Source of the DNA: Diplonema japonicum
Lineage: Eukaryota > Protista > Euglenozoa: Diplonemea
DNA: 64,000 nucleotides
Assembly: GCA_964019335.1 (NCBI GenBank)
Contig: OZ025650.1
Coordinates: 744,001-808,000 of the forward strand
Direction: 5' to 3'
Below, piece by piece: positions 1 to 13,249 of the stretch; position 1 is the first letter of the stretch; every line of letters starts with the position of its first letter. The notes beneath the pieces are model-generated. The model was given only the letters and a program-made list of their open reading frames with translations, was not told the DNA's origin and searched no databases. A program made the position numbers and the translations under genes.

Positions 1-24
1 CCCTCCTAAAAAATTCTCAAACAG

Positions 25-192
25 GGCGAGAAGGCTGAGAAGGTTGAGCTTCCCGAGAACAAGAAGAAGGCCCAGGCGACCGTTGACGAGCAGATCATGA
101 AGCTCCTCTCCGGCAACGAGGACATGACCAAGTACCTCGGTTCCATCTTCACCCTCCGTGACCGTGACCACCCCCACGCCATGAAGTTCTAG
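25..192 (+). CDS. RPL6: 60S ribosomal protein L6 (eL6), last exon of upstream tandem copy
   Basis: Near-identical to exon 3 (736-903) of the adjacent copy; preceded by acceptor AAACAG; ends ...HPHAMKF*. Confidence 0.9.
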   Translation, partial: GEKAEKVELPENKKKAQATVDEQIMKLLSGNEDMTKYLGSIFTLRDRDHPHAMKF

Positions 193-334
193 ATCACTCA
201 CACGATGATTGTGCTTTTTTTTCAGTAGGTTTTTTTTTCCGCTTGTTACTCTTATACATCGATGTGAAAAGGGAAACCACGCACCCACACCTGAAAACAG
301 CTGTATTTCGCACCCCCTTTAAAAAAAATATATA

Positions 335-903
335 ATGCCGAAGGCAGCAAAGTTGAGGTCTTCCCTTGAGGATGCCACCGGTGTGAAGGCCGGTACCGTG
401 TGCATCTTGGTTGCTGGGCGCTTCCGTGGCCGCCGTGTTGTGTTGTTGAAGAAGGACACCAAGACCAACACCCTTGTTGTGACTGGGCCCTACAAGGTAC
501 GTTTACTTAGCTTACTTTCAACAACTTTTTCTGCAGGTGAACGGTGTCCCCATCCGTCGTGTGGACCCCGCCTACGTCATTGCCACTTCCACCAAGATCG
601 ACCTCTCCAAGGTGGACACCTCTGCCATCACTGACGACTTCTTCGCGAGGGCCAAGAAGGACCGCAAGAGGGGTGAGGACGGTTTCTTCAAGAAGGTATG
701 ACTCGTGAGGGAATGAAGAAAAAATTCTCAAACAGGGCGAGAAGGCTGAGAAGGTTGAGCTCCCCGAGAACAAGAAGAAGGCCCAGGCGACCGTTGACGA
801 GCAGATCATGAAGCTCCTCTCCGGCAACGAGGACATGACCAAGTACCTCGGTTCCATCTTCACCCTCCGTGACCGTGACCACCCCCACGCCATGAAGTTC
901 TAG
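335..903 (+). CDS. RPL6: 60S ribosomal protein L6 (eL6); exons 335-496, 537-695, 736-903
   Basis: [20 protein letters not shown]...VTGPYK|[22 protein letters not shown]; two 40-nt GT-AG introns restore the frame. Confidence 0.95.
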
Positions 904-1034
904 AGCGAGAAGGAGAAAAAAAAAAATAGCTTTATATCGTTCTTGTAGGTCGTTTCAGATTACTAATCAAAAATTCATTTTTTTTTCTTCATAGTGTTAC
1001 CGGTCGTTGGGGAACTACGGTTTATTCGCCACCC

Positions 1035-3454
1035 GTGAGCACATGCCAGGAAGGGGGATACATAAAAATGCCAACGGCACGGATCTCCCTGACAGTGAAT
1101 GGCAACATCAACCCCATGAGAATAGTGGAACTAGTGGTGCAGCTGTGCATGGCGGGGCACACGGTGACGTTGTTTGTGTTTGCTATCATCGCGGCGTGGT
1201 TTGCGGTCACAATGGCCAACGCTTGCTTGAATGCCCCTTCGGTGCCTGTTCCATACACACAACTGAGGGAGTTGCCTTGCGAAGAAGACGAACCTGTGAT
1301 ATGGTTCTCGTCAAAGAGGCATGTCGGGAGGCACATCTCCCGATCTGACACGATGTCAGCAACACTGCTGCGGTCAGCAGCTGGGAGTCAAACCTTACAA
1401 AACACTTCTGGCAACGGAGTTCTAGCGAACCTAACCTTTGCAGAAGACCTGTGGACGGGACTGTCTTATGAAAAGAGGCGAGGCCAGCTGTTCCTGACCG
1501 TCGTTGAGCCGTCCAAGTGTGCAGTGAGGAGGTACTTTTCACGGATACAGCCGCTTTTCAGCGAGAAATTTCTGTCGGAAGAACACACTACGATACCTAT
1601 GAATGTGGAAGGGACTACTGACTGGACAATCTTCACGCCAGAACAAGTCCTTGCAGGCCCATGCTCCTGCATCGCCACTTCAGGCGACAAGACCCACATC
1701 GCAGTAGTCTACAGCACAACAGCCAACGAGTCGTCCATCCACACTGTCCGCATGTTCTACCCCAACAATTTGAAGCCCTTTGCGGATGACCTTCTGAATG
1801 AACAGGAGGAACAGCCTGACTTTATTCTCCCTATTGAAGAGTACACAAACACCTCCGCGGAGTTCCGGTTAAGAGGCGATCTCAATGTCAAATCCTTGGA
1901 ATGGACAGACGAGAACCGCTGCTTGACATACAGCAGGTCGGGTGACGTGGTGGACTACCGAAGGGTGTGCGTGGTGCAGGACGACAAGGGAGGGTATTTT
2001 ATGGTTCCAAAGGGAGTCAGCAAGCCGGCTTGGGGGAACTTGATACTGACGCATGTTGTGAACTCCACAGGAAGTGCTTATGAGGTGCCAAATTTGGTCG
2101 TTGCGGTCAGGTACTCACCTGGTGTGATTTTCGTCAATGTAGAATGGGTCAAGGAAGGGGGAGAAGAGACGGTACCAGAAAAGAACAACACCTTATCAAA
2201 ATACTGGGAGACCCCTCTACTCCCACACTGGAACGCAAGCTGCAACGTCGTCCAGCTTGCCGTCGGTGGCGTCCGCCTCCACGATCGATGGCTGAAGGCG
2301 GTGAGCCAAAGGGGCGGGGTCATGGCCCTCCCTTTCATAGACGACACTCTAGTGGTGTTCGACTTTGATAAGATTGTTTCAAACCAATCGAAGAGGTGCG
2401 ACGAAAACGAGAAAGGGGTATGTTAAGACAAAGAAAAAAAAAAAAAAAAAGAGGAACCAATAATCCTAGATCGCTTCTGAAGGCAGCGTTGCCATCATCC
2501 CTGACACCTCTGTTCAAGGATCAATTTATTGGATGGTATATCCTTTTATTCCCCTCTTATTAAAAAAAAAAAAAAAAAAAAAACGTACCTTTCTTTTTTT
2601 TAAAACAGCTGTCCCCTCCAGGACTTCGCAGGAACCTGGATATTCTGTACCAGTACAAGGGTGAGGCTTACCCGCCAAGGTCGCAGAAGGCAGATATCAG
2701 TGGTATGTATGCTAAGGGTGTTGATTGTAATCTTAAAACAGACGACGAGCAATTTATCAGCCTTGTAACAAGTTATGCGGTTCAAGTCTTTTACAAGAGG
2801 TCGAGTAGAGGTTTGCTAGATCTATGGACAGAGCCAGGGGAAGACGTGGAAGAGTGGAAGCTGGGATGGAGGCTCCCGAGAGATGGTAGCCGGGTGGGGT
2901 TGGGGAAGAAGCTCGATATCATAGACGTGCAGATAGTAAAGGAAGGGGAAAGGTGGTTCTTGACAGTACTGTACGAAAAGGGAACGGTGGTGGTCTACCT
3001 GCTTGAGGAAAACAACCATTTAGTAAGAATCTTGGCTGCTGTTGTGAATGTTGTCTTCGCTACCTTAGCGACGTGCTTTGTGCTGTACTTCTTGCCTTCT
3101 CGTTCTTCCTTCAGCTCTATCTTTCTTATCCTCGCACCGATCCTCTTCCTTCTCTTCTTCGACGTTTTCATTCTCGACACATTCCACACCGAATCCCTTC
3201 ACGATCTCTCTGACACCCCTGCCTCTCTTCTCTATCACTTTAATCGGTACCGGTCTTGCCCCGTCCCGTCACACCCTGTCCCCAATTTTAAATCGAGTTT
3301 GAAGTCGTTGCTTTCTCAACAGAAGCATCTGACCTTCAGGGACTACCCTGGCATCTGGTCAGGTCCTTTATCTGCTTTATCCCCCGCGCACTTGACATGC
3401 CTTGGGATACCCTTTCTGGCGGTTGTGGTGCCGGCCACCATGTTGATGTTTTGA
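1035..3454 (+). CDS. Hypothetical multi-exon membrane protein (start and exon boundaries uncertain)
   Basis: 463-aa ORF ending at a GTATGT donor (~2418), then a 249-aa ORF with hydrophobic TM-like segments. Confidence 0.5.
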
Positions 3455-3560
3455 CAAAAGGAAAGAAATTCCTTTCTTCGGCTTTCTTAAAAGTTACTTT
3501 TCGGGGGCACTGTATTGATGGTTTTGTTCCCTTCTTTTTCATTCCAAGCAAAGGGTTCCT

Positions 3561-4460
3561 ATGGACAGCGTCGATGAGGACGAGGAGCCCCAGTGGTGGC
3601 GGGCAAAGGACGAGAATTCCTCAGTCATAGAGGTGGAGCAAAGCATCGAAGATGCAACCCGCGTGATCGAAGAGGGAAAGGAAGCCACGCTGGACATGAG
3701 CTACAGGTTGATAGGCGAGAAGGGGCTGCAGTCTTTCTACAAGAAAATCAATCTGAACACAGCGTTGACGAAAGTTGACCTGACCTGCAACATGCTAGGG
3801 GACGATGGTGCGAAGATGTTCTTTGGAGCGATCGCCAAGCTCCCTGCAGTGTCGAGAGTCGACGTTGCGGGGAACATGATCGGGGTTGTGGGCGCAGAGG
3901 CCGTGGCCGCCTGTTTGTCATCCAACAAGTCGCTGACAAAACTTTCTCTTTTCCACAATGAGATTCAGGATGAAGGTGCCACTGCCATTGCCAAAGCCTT
4001 ACAGATGAACACGACCCTCCACTCACTTAACCTCAGAGAGAACAAGATCACCGACATAGGTGCCTCTGAGCTGTGCTCGACCCTTTGCAACCAGAACCAA
4101 ACTCTTTTTGTCTTATGGCTGCGCAACAACACTGTCACCACAAACCCTGAAGACCTTACCCCTTTACTCCCCGACTCCTTGAAGCAAAAACTCCCCCTTC
4201 TTGCCCAAGAACAAGGTCTCTTTTATAACACGGTCAGCGAGTCTGTCCTCCAGCAGATCAAGCAGGCGCTCATCGAGCGGAACGCGGCTCTGCTGCAAGA
4301 AACAGGCGGTGGGAAAAAGCAAAGCTCCCACGCAGCCAAAAAGGGGAAAGGTTCTTCGGACAAGGCTAAAAAGACTTTTTGGACCCCGCCAGCATCACCA
4401 GAACCGCAAGACACTGAGGAAAACGAGAAGCCTGCTGGAAAAGGGAAGAAGAAGAAGTGA
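3561..4460 (+). CDS. Leucine-rich repeat protein (RNI/NLRC3-like repeats)
   Basis: Repeated LxxLxLxxNxIxDxGAxxLxxxL motifs; Lys-rich C-terminal tail. Confidence 0.85.
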   Translation: MDSVDEDEEPQWWRAKDENSSVIEVEQSIEDATRVIEEGKEATLDMSYRLIGEKGLQSFYKKINLNTALTKVDLTCNMLGDDGAKMFFGAIAKLPAVSRVDVAGNMIGVVGAEAVAACLSSNKSLTKLSLFHNEIQDEGATAIAKALQMNTTLHSLNLRENKITDIGASELCSTLCNQNQTLFVLWLRNNTVTTNPEDLTPLLPDSLKQKLPLLAQEQGLFYNTVSESVLQQIKQALIERNAALLQETGGGKKQSSHAAKKGKGSSDKAKKTFWTPPASPEPQDTEENEKPAGKGKKKK

Positions 4461-4765
4461 TTCTTTAGTACTTCCGAGCCGGCAATACGCGCAGCAGCTC
4501 TGCACATCTCGGGCCAGGTGTGCAGCCCGTAAAGGGCGCCGGCTTACTTGATGGGAATAGTGAAGTAGGTGAGTGGACGTACAGGGAGCAAACGTTCCCT
4601 GCGGAAGTCATTGTAGCCGTTCAAGTGCGTTCTTAAATCATGTTTACAAATAAACTATTTAACCTCACCTTACGGTGCTTTCTTCTTGTCCTTTTTTTCA
4701 ACCTCCTTCTTTTTCACTCCCAAGATCGCAGCAATTCCATAAAGTGACTTTAAAAAAAGGGGGAA

Positions 4766-5707
4766 ATGGTAAACCTATGCACTGTCCCCACCGAGGCCAT
4801 CATCAATGTCTTGACGGCCGGAGCTGTGGTAAAGGTGTCTCAGAAAGGCGGGAAGATGTTGGTCCTTTTGGTGCTTGCTTACGAACTGGTTAGAATTATC
4901 CGATTGAGGATGTTCAAGAAATCGTTAAAGGGGAAGAGGGTGCTGATCACAGGCGGAGGCAGCGGGTTGGGAAGAAAGATGGCACTGATGGCGTCGAAGA
5001 AGGGAGCGGAGGTGATCTTGTGGGACGTGAACGAGGCCGGGCTAACGAAGGTGAAGGGGGAGATAACCACAAAGTGCTCGACACATCTTGTGGATGTAAC
5101 CGACAGGGAGCGGGTGTATGAGGTGGCGAAGCTTGTGGGTGACATTGATGTCTTGGTGAACAATGCAGGGATTGTGACAGGGAAGCCGTTCGGGATGGCG
5201 GAAGACCGTCTTATGGAGAAGACAGTGCAAGTGAATACAATTGCTCACTTCTGGACCTGCAGGGCGTTCCTCCCTTCAATGATCGAGAAGAAGTCGGGAC
5301 ATATTGTGTCCATTGCTTCTCAGGCCGGGTGCTGTGGTGTGACAGGCCTTGCTGACTACTGTGCTTCCAAGTTCGGTGCTGTTGGTTTCGCAGAATCTCT
5401 CCGCATGGAGATGGTCAACAAGGGCACCGGTGTGGATGTCCTTACTATCAACCCTTTCTACATCAACACCGGCATGTTTGAAGGCTGCAAGTCGAAGACT
5501 GTTTTACTCCCCATGCTGGAAGAAGACCATGTTGCCGCGCGTACCATCTCTGCCATCGAGTCTAGGGAACAGGTTGTCAACCTCCCGGCGACCTGTGGGA
5601 TCCTTCCTGTTGCGAGACTCTTCCCTGTCTCCACCTTCAATTCTCTTTTCAAGATCCTTGGCATTTCTTCATCCATGGACGAGTTCCGGGGCCGTGCTGC
5701 ACAGTGA
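4766..5707 (+). CDS. Short-chain dehydrogenase/reductase (RDH10/SDR16C-like)
   Basis: TGGGSGLG cofactor motif, LVNNAG, catalytic YCASK. Confidence 0.92.
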   Translation: MVNLCTVPTEAIINVLTAGAVVKVSQKGGKMLVLLVLAYELVRIIRLRMFKKSLKGKRVLITGGGSGLGRKMALMASKKGAEVILWDVNEAGLTKVKGEITTKCSTHLVDVTDRERVYEVAKLVGDIDVLVNNAGIVTGKPFGMAEDRLMEKTVQVNTIAHFWTCRAFLPSMIEKKSGHIVSIASQAGCCGVTGLADYCASKFGAVGFAESLRMEMVNKGTGVDVLTINPFYINTGMFEGCKSKTVLLPMLEEDHVAARTISAIESREQVVNLPATCGILPVARLFPVSTFNSLFKILGISSSMDEFRGRAAQ

Positions 5708-6179
5708 TCAAAAAATCCTTGTCCCCCGATTTTGATTTTCCCACCCCCTTTTTTTTTTTGATTCTTTTTTTAGGGTTCACCTCCAATACCAGGGGGTAAC
5801 ACTACTGCATCAGTGGTACCGCTGTAACTTGTCTACAAGAGAGCCGAAATGCAAGTTTCTCTCGCAAAACCGCACGAACGCTCGTCTTTTCAGAATCTTG
5901 TAGTTGTTTGGTCTTTTTCCTCAGAGCTCAACTACGAGACGTGAGCTGGTCCCTCCCCCAAGTCCCATATTTTTTTATGTCACTTTACCAGACAAAAAAA
6001 AAAAAAGAAAGAAAACCAGCCACATTATTCGCCCCTTTTTTTTTTGGAATGAATTGTGTCCATTTTCTTTTCTACTCTTCTCCAACGTCTTTCTCGTTTT
6101 CTTTTTAGATGTCATTTCGGTACTTTTTTCGCGCCTCCATACAGAAAGTGAACCAACACAGGCAACCCACACGATATGA

Positions 6180-9100
6180 ATGCACACCATACCTGCTGAC
6201 CATCTTTCTGGGTGTACAATCGTGAACTGGTGTGGCAAACATTTGATTGGCATTGCAGAGGATGGAAGGGTGTGGAAAACACGTGAGAACAAGGCAAAAT
6301 GGCGGCCAGTCGGAACGGAGCACAGGCTGCAAAAAGGCTGGGCTGCCACCGTCTTCGACGAAAAGCTAATAAACTACGGCCAGGACGGGTTGTACGTCTT
6401 CTCCTTGGAAAGTGGCCACACAGATTGGATAAAAGTGAAAATTATGGGCCACCCTGTCCCACTGCGCGACCATGCTATAACCGCAGGGCCTGACGGTATT
6501 ATCTTCACAGGAGGGCTCAGTCCAGAAGGATTCAACACACGTTCATATTTGCTGCCGTACAACGGTGACCCTTGGCAGGTTCTGAACTTCCCCCCTATTC
6601 AGCTCACTCACCACTGCATGTCTATCCATGGCTTGGTTCTCAACATCTTTGGTGGTTTTACCTCAACAGGCGACGCCTCCCACGAGGTCACCTCGGTGCC
6701 CCTTGACGGGGGGGAGCCTGCCGTCATGACACACGACCCGCCGCCCTTGGGATACGGCTCACTCGTTATGTATAAAAGCAATCTGTACTCGTTGGGCATT
6801 ACGAAGATATACCGTTGGGTTGATTCTGAATCAGAATGGGAAGATCTTGACCCGGCGGCGCCCAGCGTGATGACAGAACCGTCAATGGTGGTAATGAATG
6901 AAACGAGTGGTGCAGCCGTGGTTTCGCGGGACCTCAAGGTGATCACTCGATATGATTTGGAAAAGGGGGTGAGGCTGGGTGGGCTAGTGCCGCAGCCACC
7001 TGCTGCAGAGCAGTCGCGTAGACGACGTGTCCGTACCCAGCCAGGGGTGCTTCCAAGCGTGAAGAAAAAAGTCGTTGAGCAGACCTTAAAAGGTCTTTCA
7101 TCACAGAGCAAAGTGAAGGCTGCCGTTGAAACTGCTTCAAGTGGTGTCCTCGATCTGCGGAACTGCGATCTGCAATGCGGCGACCTCTACATCTTAGCCA
7201 TGTGCGTCAGCTGTTCTAAAATATGCCACATCAGGCTGGGCGGAAACCCCACCCTACCGAGGGTCGCAGCTCAGACATTACTAAACATCCTGCAGACGAA
7301 CAGCAGCATAACTTCCTTGGACTTTGGAACCACTGCAGTTGAGTCGCCTGTCATTTCGAAACTGATCCAGCAACAGCTTTCCTTGAACGCGGTCAAATCG
7401 GATCACAAAACAGCTGCAAGGGTTAACAAAAAGAGGAGACAAGAGATACGAAAGCAGCTGACGAAAGACCGTTCTTTGCGAGAGTGGAAGTGGGCAAGGT
7501 ACTCCGACAGACTGCGTGTTGAAGAAGCGTGGGGGGTTGGGGTTTTTCTGAATGAAGCCGAATGGGGGAGAGACGTTATTGTTCTAGGATGGGGTGAGGT
7601 TTTCGACAGGCTAAAAGTATCGGAGATGTTTGGGTTGTCCGTTGTTGAAGCCACAGTGAAGCTCCGAGAAGATTTGCTTCAGGAAAGGGTCGACTTCATG
7701 ACCCAAGAGGAACCCGCACGGCAATCTATCGAAACTCAGCAAGAACGAAACTGGGACAACCTTGAACGTGGTAGGTACGAGTCTAAACGCGACACCGAAG
7801 CACTTCTAAAGGAACGCGCCCGTCGGGAGCGTGCCCACCGCGATGATGTCTGCATAGCTGAAAAGCAAGACAGGACAAAACTAAAAGATACGGAAATAAC
7901 GACCGTTCTGGAAATGGTGAAGCACTTCAAGATGGTATATGCCAAGCTGGAGCAAGCTTGGAGGAAGTGTTTGCATGACAAAGCAGAAACAGAACGTAAA
8001 AAGCGCGAAGAGAAATTACAGCGAGAACGGGAAGAAGCACGACGGTTGGAGATGCAGGAGCGGTGGGAGGAGCAGAAAAAGAAAGCCCAGGCCGATCTGT
8101 ACAAGAAGGAAAACTCAGTAAGGTTCACAATAGGCAGCGTCGCGCAAGACGAGCGAACAGAGTTAGCGAACTTTGAGGTACGTGAAAGAGCAAAGCATCT
8201 TCAATACGAGCGAGAAGGCAAAGCACGGAGGGAGCTCGCTAAGTTAAACTGGATCCCTCCAATGCTTTCCGTCACAAACGTAGCAGATTGTAAAAGCTAC
8301 GTCGGCTCTGTCTCGCCTACCACGTGCATTTCACAAATCATAGTGGAATGCGAAACCCCTGTCCCATCACATTTAGAACAGGGCCTCCAGTACCCCTGCG
8401 ACACCGAGGACCTCGAACAGTACCTTGCCCGAAAATCCGAAATCTTATCTGGAGTTGCGAGGGTGTACCTCTCCAACACGTACTACCACCCTTCTTGCGT
8501 GGTTTCGTTCATACCTGACATCGAAGACTCTACGAAAGCCATGCAGTTTGGAAATGATCAACCCAACACCATTGTGGTTGGGAAAACCCAAATCGCAGTT
8601 ATACAACAGGAGCTTACTGCAGCAGACATTCAGGGAATCGAAAACCCATTCTGCGATAACGATGAGGGACCGGACTTTATCCACACCGATACTTCGACAA
8701 GGGGTCTGGAAATCTTTTTCGAAGAGGGTACGAAATTGCAAGACTATCAAGGGGTGCTGTCTAGAATCGGGGTGCTGTGTGAACGGCAGACCCCGTTGCA
8801 GGAGAAGCTCCCCCTGTCGATTTCTCTTGAGATCAATTTCTCCGCTCCGCTGCCACGCGAGGATGACGGGGATCGGGAGTGGCCGTCGTCCCTTCGCGGC
8901 AGTGTCATCACGTCGATGCTCGAACAAGACGTGCGCATCTCTGTGTTGTTGTCACCGTTCATCATTCCGACTGCGTGTAAAAAATATTGCTTCGCGGAAG
9001 GATCAATGGCGCTGAAAATCTTTAAAGGAACGGTTGTCAGGATTGCCCCAGAAAGCTTTTCCATTACAATACTACGGGCGGGGGAAATGGACGTGTTGTC

Positions 9101-12100
9101 TTCCAAAGGCGTCGGGAAGAACAACCCGTTGAAAATAATAAAAAAGACGAATTCCGTAATAGAGATTTCGGTGGACAAGCAGGCGACGGCTTCACAGGTC
9201 ACAACGTTCATTGAATCGATTTCCTTTGAAAATTGCTCCGAGGATCCGGAACCACATGACCGCACGGTTCAACTTGTCTTTAAAATGAAAATGGATGCGG
9301 ACCACACTTCGGAAGCTGTCTACAACTCAACCATTTCGGTCATACCAGAAGATGACTTGACACTCGTCGACTTTGGATGCCCTTCCATGCCGTTTAGGAA
9401 GCACTGCGGAACTCTTATAGACACTCTGCCAGATCCAACCCAGCCATCTCTCCGTTTTACCCAACAGTCGTCTGTGACAGATGTCGATACAAACGAGTTC
9501 ACATCGGGGTACCTAGTGGTTAAGACGGGCATGTGGGTCAAGGGTGACGATATACTTATTGAACCCAGCGTTGATAGTCTTATAAAACGAGAAGGATGCA
9601 ACATTCTTCATGATGGCAAGATATTCGGGGTGCTTGAAGGTGTGGAGGACCATCCCGAAGGGCTGACCGTTGTGTTCGAAGCAGGCCACTGCCCGTCGAT
9701 ACCGAAGATTGACGCGTTGTTGAAATGTGTTGTTTTTACAACAACTTCGGGTAAGGAAGGGGTGCGTGTTGTGTGGGCCACTTTAGTGGTGGATCAATGC
9801 GAGCCGGTCACAACAAGCTGCGAGGTCAAGGTTACCGGACCTTTGATACTGATCCAACCGGAACATCAATCCGTTACATACAGAGAACAATCAGGGCATA
9901 TCAAGCTGGGTCCTTTTGAGTTCCTTGCGCCCGACGACGGGTGGGACGGTGGCTTCGTCCATGTGGAAATTTCCCGTGGAGCAACCCCTGACGATGTTTT
10001 ACTAATATCCCAAGGTGAGTTTTCTGTGGTTGAATACAGTGAGGACCAGGCGGGGAGCATCTCACCTCTGATAAAACCAGGTTTAACGGTACCTGCTTCG
10101 GGTGTGAAATTATCGTTGAAAGACAAGTTGAAAGCAAAGATCAAGGAAGGGATCACTGCTAGAAATGCTGCTAAGATACAGATGAAGAAGAACATCTTGG
10201 ACGAGGTAAGGCGGAGGGGTTTGGGAAAGCACGGCGACGTCAAGGAGATCAGAGCAGCGGGCGGGCAACGGATTGGAACCTTCACACAGCTTGACCATGG
10301 CATCCTGGTGCACCTCACAACAAGCCTTGCAATTGCACAGAGCGAGTCAGGGTCTGACATTGGCCGCTGCGAAACCTGTTCAATACGCAAACAGCAAGTC
10401 GCTGCTTTGCTGCGTCAAGTCACCTACACAAACTCTGGTGAGAACCCAAAACCCTGTCGGAAGGTCATCTGCATCACGGTCAACGACGGCCTCCCTCACT
10501 CTTCCTGCGCCCTCATAGAGCTAAACCTCCAGCCAAGGTCCGACACTATCATCGTTAAGAGGAAATCATCGGACCCACTGCTCTTCCGACAAGGGCAGCT
10601 CTCCGGTGTCGACATCCCTCTCTTCCAAGAATGTTTTATCCCCGATCTCCAATTTTTACCCTTCACGAGAGGGTATATGATAGTGGAGCCTGTTTCGGGC
10701 GGGGACTGCTTGGGTGACCAGCTTGGATTCCTGTCGAAGGAGCATCAAGAATTATACTTCAACCGAGACAAGAAAATCCTGGATGCGGCATTAGGTGTCG
10801 GGACGGGAGGCACTGGGCTCAGCGCTAAAAAACTGGGACCAAACTCGCCTGCAATCAGGCGAAAAATAGCCATGAAGTCTAACTCTTTTTATGCTGACGC
10901 AAATAAATTCCTTGGGAACATTCCGGAAAAAAGAAGGCTGATGGCAGAAGACCCTTCGCAGAGACGGTATATACAAAAATTAGAGGCTGGCGGGCTAGCT
11001 TTTGAAGGAGTGAAGTTTGGAACGTTGATCCAGGATGAAATGATGAATTCCAGTGGGATCTCATGTCTGAAAATCGTGTTTGACGAGGAATGCGAACAAA
11101 GCCCCGCAGAGCTTCTCGAGCTGTGCATGTGGTGCGTGGGGTACACCAACACCTCGACAAAGGTGAAGCAAAGCACTATAACGTATCAGCTCAGAATAGT
11201 ATCGGACACCCGTCACTCTGAAGGCCGCTTGAAGATCGCATTGACAAGCCTACCGCCGTATCTATGGGCTCCCGAATACTCAAAATCGCGATCGTATACC
11301 GAAGGAGAGGGCTGGGTTGTAGTCAATCAAAAGATAACTGCATTTTATTCGCACATTCAGGAAGGGGGCCGGTTTGAAGCCATTCTTCGTAAGGGAGTCG
11401 GACAGGACGAGATCAAATGGCAGTTCGCTGACACCGGTTTCATACACAAGAACGAGATTCTATACCACAACAAGGATCTCGTGGGGAACACAACGACGAG
11501 CCCGGAACAAGGGCTGCTCCGCGTGGATATCCCTGCAACCAGCAAGATCTCATCGAAGGTTGTTACTGCATTGCTGAAGTGTCTAGTCTTCCGCAGCACC
11601 GATCAGGTCCTGACCTCCGAGTCACGGCAGCGCTACGTCGACATGAGCTTCATAGACATGGAGGACGACCCTATAAAGGTTACAACAGGGATTTATAAAA
11701 CCCAAGCGGAAGAAGCTATTGTGAGCGTTTGTTTAAACATCAAGAAACAGCCTGTCAGTGTCATACTGTCGACGGGTTGGCACCATATTTGTCCTGACGC
11801 GACGGTGAAGCACCCGAATTCGCACCATTTCAACCCCAGAACTATCAGAGTTTACATGAGAAACATGGTTCCTGGCGATGAGCTTGGTTTCAAAGAAGGT
11901 TTAGGTGTTTCAGTGTGCAAGGAAACGAGCGAGCTGACCGTTGAAAACAGGGTGGTGGGGATGATGACCGGGGACGATGGGCTGGAAATTGTGTTGGGCG
12001 AACCAAGCTACAAAGAAGAAGTTGAACGTATACTGCAGGCAGTTGCATACCAAAACAAGGCGCAAAGAGAGAGGAACACCAAGCGCTGCGTGTCGATCCG

Positions 12101-12569
12101 CATCGACAGTGGAGAGACCAAGGTTGTTCAGATTGATCTCATGCAGGCGCCTATTCTGTTCGCTTCCCAGTCTGTGAAGCTTTCCCCTTCGCAAAACCCA
12201 GCCCCACTGTTCCCGGGGCTTTCTTGTTCGGTGTTCGACGCCCCTTCTGCCACCATCACAATCACTTCCAGCTCTCCGCTCTTTTTTTCTATATCGACAA
12301 AGTACAACCTCCACATCGAAAACTCAGTCGTCGTTTCAAACGGGAAAAATAGAATCGCAACTGTTGAAGCTACCGAACCAGGGTCGATGAAGCTTGTCGT
12401 GACGGGGGCTGCAAAGGTCTGTTTTGAAGCGAAACGGGGGGAGAGGGGAGGGGGTATCAATGCAACAATATCCACAGCTTGCAACCGAAACGTTCGTCTC
12501 GCGTATCTTCAACTCAATCTTTGTGTCCTCTTCGCAAGAGGAGAACGAAGAGAAAACCGTTGAGGTGTC

Positions 12570-12617
<48 letters not shown>

Positions 12618-12684
12618 AAAAAAACAGGTGGTCTTTAACAAGAGCGATCTGACGCAAAAGTTTTCTGTTTCGTTGTTGCCTTAG
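6180..12684 (+). CDS. Giant (>2100 aa) protein: Kelch-like N-terminus, LRR, coiled coil, repeated beta-rich modules; short 3' introns likely
   Basis: Continuous 2127-aa ORF; Kelch-like IIFTGG/NIFGG, LRR-like LDLRNCDL/ITSLDF, E/R/K coiled coil, recurring 'LLxxVxYxN' modules. Confidence 0.7.
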
Positions 12685-12822
12685 GGGTTTTTTCTACTTG
12701 GAATTTGTGTAACTTTCTAGTTACATTGAAGACATGGTGCCTTACTTCTTTTTATTTCATAAGTTGATTACAGTAGCCCTAAGAACAAACAGGATTCGAC
12801 ACACTCTTTTTTTCTACACAAA

Positions 12823-13089
12823 ATGGGCTCCGTGAAGCTTACTGGCAGGCACGTGGTCGCGTCCAGCGGCAGCTGCAGAACATACCACCACAGAAACACC
12901 CACGCTGGTATCACCCGCATCACGTGTCCCAGCGGCTTCCAGATGACCGGCGGAGGCATGATCAACAAGCACAGGAGATTCGATGCCAAGTCTGGTTTCG
13001 AGGAGAGCATGCCCGAGGGCAACGGGTGGAGGTGTGACTCCGGGTTCGGACCTGGAAGCAACGACTGCTTTGTGAGATGCTGCAAATAA
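12823..13089 (+). CDS. Small Cys/His-rich protein, paralog 1 of 3
   Basis: CPxGxxMTGGGMxN...FEESMPEGNGWRCDSGxGxGxNxCxVRCC shared with 15918 and 16347. Confidence 0.85.
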   Translation: MGSVKLTGRHVVASSGSCRTYHHRNTHAGITRITCPSGFQMTGGGMINKHRRFDAKSGFEESMPEGNGWRCDSGFGPGSNDCFVRCCK

Positions 13090-13249
13090 GGTGACATTAG
13101 GTCACTCCCTTCTCCAGACACACTTTTTTTTTTCCTTTTCGTTTTCTTTTTTTTCCTTTCTTTTTACACTATATACCATGTTTCTTCTTTTGTTCTTTTT
13201 TTGATGATTTTCTTTTCTATCTGCAACCATCGAAAAGGTTTAAACGAAA